From the NCBI GenBank assembly GCA_910586765.1, contig CAJUJJ010000007.1, positions 16,687-80,686 on the forward strand: 64,000 nucleotides of DNA, in the 5' to 3' direction. This document shows positions 39,762-49,074 of this stretch, in pieces; position 1 is the stretch's first letter; the number at the start of each line of letters is the position of its first letter. The translations under genes and the position numbers were made by a program. The notes beneath the pieces were generated by a model, which made no database searches, was not told the origin of the DNA, and saw nothing but the letters and a program-made list of their open reading frames with translations. The stretch comes from an uncultured Clostridia bacterium. GTDB taxonomy: Bacteria; Bacillota; Clostridia; Lachnospirales; Anaerotignaceae.

Positions 39762-39943
39762 CACGCTGTTATTTTACAAAAATTATAGTATAAATATTGA
39801 CAACACTACACAAAAAAAGCCAGTAAAAATATTTTTTATACTTTACTGACTTTTATAATACAATATATTGTGACTTATTATTTTTGACATAAAAAAAGGA
39901 ATGGTTTATTTTCCCCTTCCTCTTTTTGTATTTTATGTTTTTA

Positions 39944-41143
39944 TTAAAATCTTTTTCTTGTTAAAAAATCTGGTATTTTAATTTCAGACTCAAAATCATC
40001 TAAATCAGCAAACCTTCTTGTAGGTTTGTTTTCCTCCATAGGTTGCTGTTGTTGCTGTATTGGTTGTTGTACAGGTTGTTGTACAGGCTGTGATGACACT
40101 CTTTGTTGTTGTGTTACACGTCTGCTTCCAAATGGTTGCTGCTGTTGTTGTACAGGTTGTGGTTGAGGCTGTGGTACTGGTGCTTCTTCATCTTCCAATC
40201 CTGTTGCAATAACAGTTACGACAACTTGGTCTGTCAAATCCTCATTGATTGTTGTACCAAAAATAATTTCTGCTTCTGGGTCAAGTGATTCTCTAATCAA
40301 TTCTGCTGCTTCTTCTGTTTCCAAAAGACCTAAATCACTATCACCACTGAAATTGATAAGTACACTTTTTGCACCTTCTATTGTTGTTTCTAACAATGGA
40401 CTTTGTATTGCTGCTTTTGCTGCAACTTCTGCTTTATTTTCTCCAGATGCTTGTCCAATACCCATATGGGCAATACCTTGGTCAGCCATAATGGTACGTA
40501 CATCTGCAAAGTCCAAATTAATAACACCTGGTTTAGAAATTAAATCTGCAATTCCTTGTACACCTTGTCTTAATACTTCGTCTACTTTTTTGAAGGCTTC
40601 TGTCAATGTTGTTTTCTTATCTATAATGCCCATAAGACGCTGATTTGGAATAATTACAAGTGTATCTACATTTTTTTTCAATTCCATAATGCCTCTTTCC
40701 GCATTCGCCATTCTTTTTTTCCCTTCAAAGTTAAAAGGTTTTGTTACAACACCTACTGTTAAAATACCCATTTCTTTTGAAATAGAAGCAATCTTTGGTG
40801 CTGCACCTGTTCCAGTGCCACCACCCATACCAGCAGTAATAAACACCATGTCAGCACCTTTTAAAGCTTGTGCTACTTCTTCTTGTGTTTCTTCTGCAGA
40901 GCGTTCTCCAATATCAGGATTTCCTCCTGCACCAAGACCTTTTGTTAACTTTTCTCCAATTTGTATTTTAACAGGTGATTTTGAGTCTACCAACTGTTGA
41001 CTATCTGTGTTAACAGAAATAAATTCAACGCCGTCCAAACCGTCTTCAATCATACGGTCTACTGCATTATTGCCGCCACCACCGACACCAACTACTTTAA
41101 TTTGTGCCATGGTATTGCTACGTGGAATATCAAATTCGAGCAA
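39944..41143 (-). CDS. ftsZ: Cell division protein FtsZ
   Basis: GGGGNNA, GGGTGTG, NLDFADV, C-terminal IPDFL; TTG start. Confidence 0.98.
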   Translation of the reverse strand: MLEFDIPRSNTMAQIKVVGVGGGGNNAVDRMIEDGLDGVEFISVNTDSQQLVDSKSPVKIQIGEKLTKGLGAGGNPDIGERSAEETQEEVAQALKGADMVFITAGMGGGTGTGAAPKIASISKEMGILTVGVVTKPFNFEGKKRMANAERGIMELKKNVDTLVIIPNQRLMGIIDKKTTLTEAFKKVDEVLRQGVQGIADLISKPGVINLDFADVRTIMADQGIAHMGIGQASGENKAEVAAKAAIQSPLLETTIEGAKSVLINFSGDSDLGLLETEEAAELIRESLDPEAEIIFGTTINEDLTDQVVVTVIATGLEDEEAPVPQPQPQPVQQQQQPFGSRRVTQQQRVSSQPVQQPVQQPIQQQQQPMEENKPTRRFADLDDFESEIKIPDFLTRKRF

Positions 41144-41487
41144 AAAAATCCCCTCCTAGAGTTTCAGAATTACATAGAGTAATTTTTATTATACATGAAA
41201 AAAACAGATAGTACCATACCTAATTTTGTATTTTTTTGTCCTTTTTTCATATATTTTCATTTTAATACATATTACTATAGAAAACAGTATCATATAATAT
41301 ATATCAATATATACTGTTTAATTTATAGAATTGCTTCACTTATACTATAATATGTCTTTCTATTATCTTATCTCTTTTTTCATTTTTATTCAATACAAAA
41401 TTAGTAATATTGTAAATTTTTTTTGTATTTTATATGCAACAGTTACAATAATAACAAAATATATTCTATATAGTAATCAATTTATAA

Positions 41488-42261
41488 TTAAGACAAATAT
41501 CGAAATACAATAGGGCGACTCATGTCACTCAAATCTAGCACTCCCCTATCCTTTTCTGGTATAGTACTTAATATTTGAGCAAGATAAGCCATTTTCTGCT
41601 CACAATTTTCAATGCTGCCAAAACGTATTTCTATTTGATTAATACTTGCTGTAATATTTTCTGGGTCATTAACATCTATTTCCATAATATTATTGAGTAG
41701 TTCATATTTTGTAATCATTTGAGAAATTAATACTACAACATCAAATGACTCTTTATTTTTTGCATCTAACAATTCACCTAAACGAAATTGGTCAAACTTT
41801 AAACCATATACTACAGGTAATGTTTTTTGCGTTTCATTTTGTACATCTAACACTCTGCCATATTCATCTATGTAAAGGTATGAACCTGCATAAGGTACAT
41901 ACCCTCTCACTTTTCTTTCATCAATATTGATATAAATTGTACTAGGAAGCTGTACTGTAATCTCTGCAGCTTCAACATAATTATTTTCATTTAAAATTTC
42001 TACTGCTTTCTTTTTATCATATAAAAATATATTTGCTCCTGTTCTTAATCCTATCATATTACAAATATCATCATTTGAATATTGTTCCATTTCTGTTATC
42101 TCTATTGTTTTTACAGAAAAAATAGGAGAAAATATAATTCCTGCACCACCTAAACAAGCTACAAGTAATATCATTATAAATTTTAAAGATAATTTTTTTC
42201 TTATTTTTTTCTTTTTATGCACAATTTTTTTTCTGTTATAATTTCTTTTTGTTTTTTTCAA
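41488..42261 (-). CDS. divIB: Cell division protein DivIB/FtsQ
   Basis: Basic N-terminus, single TM, POTRA-like region, upstream of ftsZ. Confidence 0.85.
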   Translation of the reverse strand: MKKTKRNYNRKKIVHKKKKIRKKLSLKFIMILLVACLGGAGIIFSPIFSVKTIEITEMEQYSNDDICNMIGLRTGANIFLYDKKKAVEILNENNYVEAAEITVQLPSTIYINIDERKVRGYVPYAGSYLYIDEYGRVLDVQNETQKTLPVVYGLKFDQFRLGELLDAKNKESFDVVVLISQMITKYELLNNIMEIDVNDPENITASINQIEIRFGSIENCEQKMAYLAQILSTIPEKDRGVLDLSDMSRPIVFRYLS

Positions 42262-42277
42262 TTTTTACTCACCTTTT

Positions 42278-43531
42278 TTATTCTTCCAAAGAAATCACTG
42301 CCCCTAAAGAAGTCAATACTTTTTCTATTTGTTCATATCCTCTTTGTACATAACAAGCATTTTCCACTACTGTTTCTCCTTCTGCTGCTAATCCTGCCAA
42401 TATCAATGCAGCACCACATCTCAAATCTTTGCCAGAAACATAAGCCCCTTTTAATCCTTTTACTCCCTTTATAACAGCTGTTTGCCCTTCTACTGTAATA
42501 TCGGCTCCCATACGGCATAACTCACTGATATGCTTAAATCTCGCTTCAAATACCGTTTCACTAATAATACTTGTTCCTTCTGCCAATGTCAATATTGACA
42601 TAAACTGCGGCTGCATATCTGTTGGAAAATCGGGATAAGGGCCAGTGTGTATTCTGGAAACAGGTTTTATTTTTTTAGGTGCTTTCAAATAAATACTGTT
42701 TTTTTGCTCTTTTATAACACAACCTGCTTCTCCTAGCCTAAGCAAAACCTGTCTCATAGTATCTGCACAAATGTTTTTTAGTTCAATTTCTCCTTTTGTA
42801 ATTGCTGCACCGCAAAGAAATGTACCTGCTTCAATTCTATCTGATGACACAGTATACTCTGTGCCATATAACGATTTTACACCTTCTATTACAATACAAT
42901 CTGTTCCTGCACCTTTTATATTTGCTCCACACTGATTTAAAAATGTTTGCAGTTCTACAATTTCAGGCTCACAAGCTGCATTATATATTGTAGTATATCC
43001 TTTTGATTTTGCTGCCAAAAGAATACAGTTTTCTGTTGCTCCTACACTAGGAAAATCTAAATTAATTTTTGTTCCAATACATTTTTTCCCATCACAACAT
43101 AATATTCCTTTTTGTTCTTCTATTTCAATACCCATTTCACGAAATGCTTTTAAATGCAAATCAATAGGACGCATACCAATTTCACAACCTCCGGGATAGC
43201 CTATATTTGCCTTGCAAAATTTGCCTAACAAAGCCCCCATAAATAATATAGAAGAACGCATTTTTTGAACACTTTCACTGTCAATATCTTTATTTTTGCA
43301 GTCACTTGTATTAATAATAATGGTTCTATTTTCTTTTTTTACACTACAGCCTAATTGTTTTAACATTTCCAATGTAAAATGTACATCAGAAATACAAGGG
43401 CAATTATGCAGTATCGTTTCCCCCTCCGTTAGCATAACCCCTGCTAATATAGGTAATATACCGTTTTTGCTTCCTCTGACTGTTACTATCCCTTTTAGAG
43501 CATGCCCACCTTCTATTTTATATCTACCCAT
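42278..43531 (-). CDS. murA: UDP-N-acetylglucosamine 1-carboxyvinyltransferase
   Basis: GSKN, PGGCEIGMRP, FPTDMQ, DLRCGAAL. Confidence 0.95.
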   Translation of the reverse strand: MGRYKIEGGHALKGIVTVRGSKNGILPILAGVMLTEGETILHNCPCISDVHFTLEMLKQLGCSVKKENRTIIINTSDCKNKDIDSESVQKMRSSILFMGALLGKFCKANIGYPGGCEIGMRPIDLHLKAFREMGIEIEEQKGILCCDGKKCIGTKINLDFPSVGATENCILLAAKSKGYTTIYNAACEPEIVELQTFLNQCGANIKGAGTDCIVIEGVKSLYGTEYTVSSDRIEAGTFLCGAAITKGEIELKNICADTMRQVLLRLGEAGCVIKEQKNSIYLKAPKKIKPVSRIHTGPYPDFPTDMQPQFMSILTLAEGTSIISETVFEARFKHISELCRMGADITVEGQTAVIKGVKGLKGAYVSGKDLRCGAALILAGLAAEGETVVENACYVQRGYEQIEKVLTSLGAVISLEE

Positions 43532-43651
43532 TTGTATGCCCCTCCCAAAAGTATCAAATCATATTCCATAGTATGCAAAATCAATAAAAGCGTTACATTT
43601 ACAGAAAAGTAATTTCATTGTATACTTTTATCAAAAAAGGAGGTCATATTT

Positions 43652-44584
43652 ATGAAACAAAATATATTAGATATAAAAGGTATACTTGTAGGGCAAGCTG
43701 AAAACGAAATAGGAAAAACTGGTGTTACTGTAGTAATTGTACCAGATGGTGCTGTTTGTGGTGTTGATGTTAGAGGTGCTGCACCAGGTACAAGAGAAAC
43801 AGATTTACTTGACCCTGTTAACGCTATGGAAAAAATTAATGCAGTAGTGCTTTCTGGAGGTTCTGCATTTGGATTAGAAGCTGCAAGCGGTGTAATGCAG
43901 TATTTAGAAGAAAAAAGAATTGGATTTGATGTAGGTTGTACCGTTGTTCCTATTGTACCTCAAGCAGTATTATTTGATTTAGCTTATGGAGATTGTCATT
44001 GTCGTCCTGACAAAAACATGGCTTATACTGCCTGCGAAAATGCAAATAATGAAACATTAAAAGAGGGTAGTGTTGGTGCAGGTTGTGGTGCAACTGTGGG
44101 CAAATTATATGATATGGAATGTTGTACAAAAAGTGGTATCGCTAGTTATTCTGAAACACTTGAAAATGGTATTACTGTTTCTGCTCTTATTGCTGTAAAC
44201 GCATTTGGTGATGTTATTGAAAATGGAAAAATTATAGCTGGTACAACAAATAAAGAAAAAACTACATTTATTGATACAGAAAAGACAATGCTTGAAATGG
44301 CATCTTCTCCTGCTTTTCATGGTCAAAATACCACAATAGGCATTATCGCTACAAATGCCACTCTTACCAAAGCAGAAGCAAAAAAAGTCGCTGGTATGGC
44401 TCATGATGGACTTGCTAGAGCAATTAGACCTGTTCATACACAATTAGACGGTGATACCATTTTTTGTTTGTCTACAGGCGAAATACAATCTCCTAAACCT
44501 ATTGTAGACTTAATTGGTACATTAGCAGCACGTGTAACAGAGCAAACTGTCATACGTGCTGTAAAAAAAGCAAATGCTCAATAA
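43652..44584 (+). CDS. P1/S58 (DmpA/OAT superfamily) self-processing hydrolase
   Basis: GAAPGTRETD, GGSAFGL, GQNTTIG, AHDGLARAI, DGDTIF. Confidence 0.9.
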   Translation: MKQNILDIKGILVGQAENEIGKTGVTVVIVPDGAVCGVDVRGAAPGTRETDLLDPVNAMEKINAVVLSGGSAFGLEAASGVMQYLEEKRIGFDVGCTVVPIVPQAVLFDLAYGDCHCRPDKNMAYTACENANNETLKEGSVGAGCGATVGKLYDMECCTKSGIASYSETLENGITVSALIAVNAFGDVIENGKIIAGTTNKEKTTFIDTEKTMLEMASSPAFHGQNTTIGIIATNATLTKAEAKKVAGMAHDGLARAIRPVHTQLDGDTIFCLSTGEIQSPKPIVDLIGTLAARVTEQTVIRAVKKANAQ

Positions 44585-44696
44585 ATACATAAATATATAT
44601 CACATCTATTATGTTTTTATAAAAAAGACATTTCGCAATAGTATCAATATATATCAGTCGTACTAATATATATTGATATATATTACAATTATGAAT

Positions 44697-44736
44697 ATAA
44701 AAAAGAACAGTAAAAATCATACTGTTCTTTTTTATA
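44697..44736. terminator. Bidirectional terminator between the P1 peptidase and coaBC
   Basis: AAAAAGAACAGTA...TACTGTTCTTTTT. Confidence 0.75.
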
Positions 44737-44760
44737 TCCCCTCCCCCACCGACCATATCA

Positions 44761-45957
44761 TTACATTTTTTGCAATTTCAATATTTCGTCAATAATGTTG
44801 TGTGCGACTTCTTCTTTTGACATCAATTCCAATTCAATTTCCTCTTTTTTAGAAATCATTGTAACTACATTTGTATCTGTACCAAAACCAGAACCACTTA
44901 CTTTTAAATTATTTGCTACAATCATATCTACATTTTTTTTGTCTAATTTTATGCGAGAATTTTCAAGCATATTTTGTGTTTCCATAGAAAAGCCACATAA
45001 AAATTGTCCTTCTCTCCTATGCTCTCCCATATACTTCAGTATATCTATTGTTCTATCTAGTGCAATACTCATTTCTCCATCTTTTTTCTTCATTTTTTCA
45101 TCGCTGACAGTACAAGGCTTATAGTCTGCTACCGCTGCTGCTTTTATAATAATGTCATTTTCAAGAAATCTTTCTTTCATTGCTTCAAACATATCTCCTG
45201 CACTTTTAACATCTATCACTGTTACAAAAGGAGGTTTTTGAAGTGCTGTCACACCACTAACTAATGTAACATCTGCACCTCTAAGCATACACGCCTTTGC
45301 TAATTCATATCCCATTTTTCCTGTAGAATGATTTGTAATATAACGCACAGGGTCAATACTTTCTTGTGTTGCTCCCGCTGTAACAATTACTTTTTTCCCT
45401 AAAAGGTCTTTTTTATAGGCAATTTCTTTTAAAATATAATTTACTAATGTTTCTTCATTTGGTAATTTGCCATCACCAATATCTCTACAAGCCAACATAC
45501 CGCTTTCTGGTTCTATTACTTCAAAACCATATTTTTTTAATTTTTCTATATTATGTTGTACAATTTCATTGTGATACATATTTGTATTCATAGCTGGAGC
45601 AACAATTTTTTTACACTGACAAGCTAATACTGTTGTTGTCAACATATCATCTGCTAAACCGTTAGCCATTTTTGAAATAACATTTGCTGAAGCTGGTGCA
45701 ATCAATACAACATCTGCTTTTTTTGCTAGTGAAATATGAGCTACATGAAATTGAAAATTTCTATCAAATGTATCTACCATACATTTATTTCCTGTTAATG
45801 TTTCAAATGTAATAGGCGTAATAAAATGCGTTGCATTTTCTGTCAATATTACATGAACGTCACAGCCCATTTTTACAAGCATACTAGCTACATTTGCCAT
45901 TTTATAAGCTGCAATACTGCCTGTTACACCTAACAAAACTGTTTTTCCTTTTAACAT
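44761..45957 (-). CDS. coaBC: Phosphopantothenoylcysteine decarboxylase/ligase
   Basis: GVTGSIAAYK, PAMNTNM, IDPVRYITNHSTGKMG, AAVADY. Confidence 0.97.
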   Translation of the reverse strand: MLKGKTVLLGVTGSIAAYKMANVASMLVKMGCDVHVILTENATHFITPITFETLTGNKCMVDTFDRNFQFHVAHISLAKKADVVLIAPASANVISKMANGLADDMLTTTVLACQCKKIVAPAMNTNMYHNEIVQHNIEKLKKYGFEVIEPESGMLACRDIGDGKLPNEETLVNYILKEIAYKKDLLGKKVIVTAGATQESIDPVRYITNHSTGKMGYELAKACMLRGADVTLVSGVTALQKPPFVTVIDVKSAGDMFEAMKERFLENDIIIKAAAVADYKPCTVSDEKMKKKDGEMSIALDRTIDILKYMGEHRREGQFLCGFSMETQNMLENSRIKLDKKNVDMIVANNLKVSGSGFGTDTNVVTMISKKEEIELELMSKEEVAHNIIDEILKLQKM

Positions 45958-46091
45958 AAAAACACCCTTTTCTTTAATATTGATATTTATTTGAAATAGA
46001 TTGAAAATATTATAACAAACTTTATCAAAATAGTACACCATTTTTCATAACAAAAAAAGCAGACAAAAGCCTGCTTTTTCATTTTTATATT

Positions 46092-47324
46092 TTATTTTAA
46101 AACACGTCTTGCTGTTACATATGTACTTTCGCTATAAGTATCTGTCATGTCTGAAATAATGACACCTGATTTATTTCCTGATGAGGAATGAATGTATTGG
46201 TTATTGCCAATATAAATACCAACATGAGAAATACCACCATTTCTATCTGTATCAAAGAAAACCAAATCGCCAGGTGCTAATTCACTTTTCTTTACTGGCA
46301 CACCATTTGATGTCATACTAGCAGAATTTCTATTTAATGTAACACCAAATTTCTGCATTACCGCATAAACATATCCAGAACAATCTACGCCACTATTTAA
46401 GTCTGTTCCTCCCCATACATATGGAGTTCCTAAAAATTGTTTTGCATAAGAAACAACATCATTTGCTTTGCTAGAAGGTGCTGGTAAAACTGTTTTTGTA
46501 TCTGGTTTTTTGCCTGTTCTTAGTGATACATATTCTGTGCTGACATAACCTGTTGTACCTTCTGCTGTTTTAATTTTTAGCCAATCTGCACCAGACTGCA
46601 TTACATCAAATATTTCTCCGCCGCTTAAATTTTCTAAAACATCGCCATTTGTAGATGCAGAACTTCTCACTCTTAAATAAGAATCTGCAATTACAACACC
46701 ATAAGTTGTTTTTTCATTACTGTTATTACTTTCTGTTTTTTTAGGAACTGTTTTTTCTGGTTCTTTTTGTTCTTCTTTTTCTGGTTCTGCTTCTTTCTTG
46801 TCTTCTTGCTTTGTTTCTTCTTCTTTTATTTCTTCTGTAGCAGAAACGCTAGGAAGATATGTAAGCATATCGCCATCTAAATAATCCTTACTAATATAAG
46901 CATTTCCATTATTATATGCTAATTGATACCAGCCATCTAATTTTCCTATTACTGTAATAACATCTCCGTCATTTACTGTCTTAATTACATCGCTTTTTGT
47001 ATTACTGCCTGTTCTGACATTGATATTTGTTCCTTGTACTTTTCCCTCTGCTCTTGTTATGTCAAAATAATCAGCAGAAACATAAGCACTTTGATTTCCA
47101 TTAAATGTAACTTGATACCAATCTCCATCTCTGCCATGAAGAACAAGTTCCGTTCCTTTATCTGCTGTTCCCAATATTTCAGAGCCTATACTTGCTGCGG
47201 AACGTATATTCACACCATCATCATTTATAGAACCGCTTGCTGCGGCAAAAACAGTTGCTGTACTCAACACACAAATACTACTTACTGCTACTAATATTCT
47301 TGTCCAAACTTTATACTTACCCAT
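46092..47324 (-). CDS. Secreted SH3b x3 + NlpC/P60 peptidoglycan endopeptidase
   Basis: Signal peptide, VNIRS/INVRT/LRVRS SH3b repeats, GTPYVWGG, DCSG, HVGIY. Confidence 0.93.
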   Translation of the reverse strand: MGKYKVWTRILVAVSSICVLSTATVFAAASGSINDDGVNIRSAASIGSEILGTADKGTELVLHGRDGDWYQVTFNGNQSAYVSADYFDITRAEGKVQGTNINVRTGSNTKSDVIKTVNDGDVITVIGKLDGWYQLAYNNGNAYISKDYLDGDMLTYLPSVSATEEIKEEETKQEDKKEAEPEKEEQKEPEKTVPKKTESNNSNEKTTYGVVIADSYLRVRSSASTNGDVLENLSGGEIFDVMQSGADWLKIKTAEGTTGYVSTEYVSLRTGKKPDTKTVLPAPSSKANDVVSYAKQFLGTPYVWGGTDLNSGVDCSGYVYAVMQKFGVTLNRNSASMTSNGVPVKKSELAPGDLVFFDTDRNGGISHVGIYIGNNQYIHSSSGNKSGVIISDMTDTYSESTYVTARRVLK

Positions 47325-47352
47325 AATAAAATTTTTCCTCCAAAATGTACTT

Positions 47353-47369
47353 ATTACGTATTTGTTACA
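47353..47369 (-). promoter_or_regulatory. WalR-like direct repeat (proximal)
   Basis: TGTAAC-aaata-CGTAAT on minus strand, one mismatch. Confidence 0.45.
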
Positions 47370-47520
47370 ACTTATTATATTCAGTCTTAATAAAGTTGTC
47401 AAGAAAAATTTATGAAATATTAAGAATATTCTATTATGTTCTGCATATACTGAATTTACGGGCTTTTTACGCTTTTTCAATATATCATTTTTTACAAAAT
47501 ACAATTAAAAATGATATATT

Positions 47521-47537
47521 TGTTACATAAATGTAAT
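47521..47537 (+). promoter_or_regulatory. WalR-like direct repeat (distal)
   Basis: TGTTAC-ataaa-TGTAAT, exact TGTWAH-N5-TGTWAH. Confidence 0.5.
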
Positions 47538-47621
47538 AATTCGCACAATTCTTTTCATAAAAAATCTCTCTGACAGTCAATTTGCAGAGAGATTTTTTGT
47601 TATTACTATTTTTTTTGGTAA

Positions 47622-49058
47622 TTATTTCAGTTTTGCTAATTCTTCGTCCAATATTTTTGTAACAATAGCAGGATTTGCTTTTCCTTTTAATTGTTTCATA
47701 CACTGTCCCATAAGGAATTTATTTACTTTTTCATTTCCTTCTTTAAATTGTGCAATAGAATTTGGATTTGCTTCAATTACTTTTGCTACTACTTCTTTTA
47801 CTGCACTATCATCATTTACCATTTTTAAATTGTGTTGTTCAATATATTGTTCTGGTTCTACATTATCAGAAAACATTTTTTCAAATACTTCTTTTGCTGT
47901 ATTTCTATTTACAACACCATTTTTTACAAGTAATATCAATTTTCCTAAATTTTTCGCATCAAATGAAATATCTTCTGGCAATGTGCTTGTTTCAGAAGCA
48001 AGACGAAGCACTTCTCCCATAATCCAGTTAGAAACTTCTTTTGCATTGTTACATACTTCATATGCTTGTTCAAATATTTTTACAAGGTCTTTGGAACCTG
48101 TAATAATGTCTACATCATATTCAGGTAATTTATATTCAGACATATATCTTGCTTTTTTTGCTTCAGGCAACTCTGGCAAAGATTGTCTAACTCTTTCAAT
48201 CCATTCATCATCAATTTCAATAGGCACAAGGTCAGGCTCTGGGAAATATCTGTAATCTTGTGCATTTTCTTTGGAACGCATAGCATAACTTGCACCTTTG
48301 TTATCGTCCCATCTTCTTGTTTCTTGTATTACTTTTTTACCTTCTTGTATCAATTCAATTTGTCTTGCTCTTTCCCCTTCTATGGCTCTAGCAATCGCCT
48401 TAAAAGAATTGATATTTTTCATCTCTGTTCTTGTACCTAATTCTTTTGAGCCTACTGGTTTTACAGAAAGGTTTACATCTGCTCTCAAAGAACCTTGCTC
48501 CATTTTACAATCAGAAACACCTGTATATTGTAATATTGCTTTTAATTTTGTTAAATAAGCTATTACTTCTTCTCCATTAGAAAAATCTGGCTCACTTACA
48601 ATTTCCAAAAGAGGCACACCACAACGGTTATAATCAACTAATGTGCAATCTTCCCAAGGGTCATGTATCAATTTTCCAGCGTCTTCTTCCATATGAATTT
48701 CTTTGATACGAATGGATTTTTTTACACCATTTACTTCTATATCAATATGACCATTTTGGCAAATTGGTAAATATAATTGTGATACCTGATATGCTTTTGG
48801 CAAATCAGGATAAAAATAATTTTTTCTATCAAATTTATTATATCTTGTAATTTCACAATTTGTTGCCAAACCTGTTCTAATTGCAAATTCAACAACTTGT
48901 TTATTTAAAACTGGCAGCGTTCCAGGCATACCACTACATACCTCACAAACGTGTGTATTTGGTTCACCACCAAATTCTGTAGAACAAGAGCAAAATATTT
49001 TTGTGTCTGTAGCAAGTTCTGTATGCACTTCCAGACCTAATACGGTTTCAAATTCCAT
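47622..49058 (-). CDS. gatB: Asp/Glu-tRNA amidotransferase subunit B
   Basis: LGLEVH, FDRKNYFYPDLPK, DYRYFPEPDL. Confidence 0.98.
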   Translation of the reverse strand: MEFETVLGLEVHTELATDTKIFCSCSTEFGGEPNTHVCEVCSGMPGTLPVLNKQVVEFAIRTGLATNCEITRYNKFDRKNYFYPDLPKAYQVSQLYLPICQNGHIDIEVNGVKKSIRIKEIHMEEDAGKLIHDPWEDCTLVDYNRCGVPLLEIVSEPDFSNGEEVIAYLTKLKAILQYTGVSDCKMEQGSLRADVNLSVKPVGSKELGTRTEMKNINSFKAIARAIEGERARQIELIQEGKKVIQETRRWDDNKGASYAMRSKENAQDYRYFPEPDLVPIEIDDEWIERVRQSLPELPEAKKARYMSEYKLPEYDVDIITGSKDLVKIFEQAYEVCNNAKEVSNWIMGEVLRLASETSTLPEDISFDAKNLGKLILLVKNGVVNRNTAKEVFEKMFSDNVEPEQYIEQHNLKMVNDDSAVKEVVAKVIEANPNSIAQFKEGNEKVNKFLMGQCMKQLKGKANPAIVTKILDEELAKLK

Positions 49059-49074
49059 TTTATTATTCCTCCTT

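Noticed and set aside
41331..41513. 60-aa plus-strand ORF between ftsZ and divIB
   Set aside because: TTG start, no RBS, composition of AT-rich non-coding DNA
44736..44756. ATCCCCTCCCCCACCGACCA as a tRNA 3' end or att site
   Set aside because: No T-arm or cloverleaf, no second copy and no integrase
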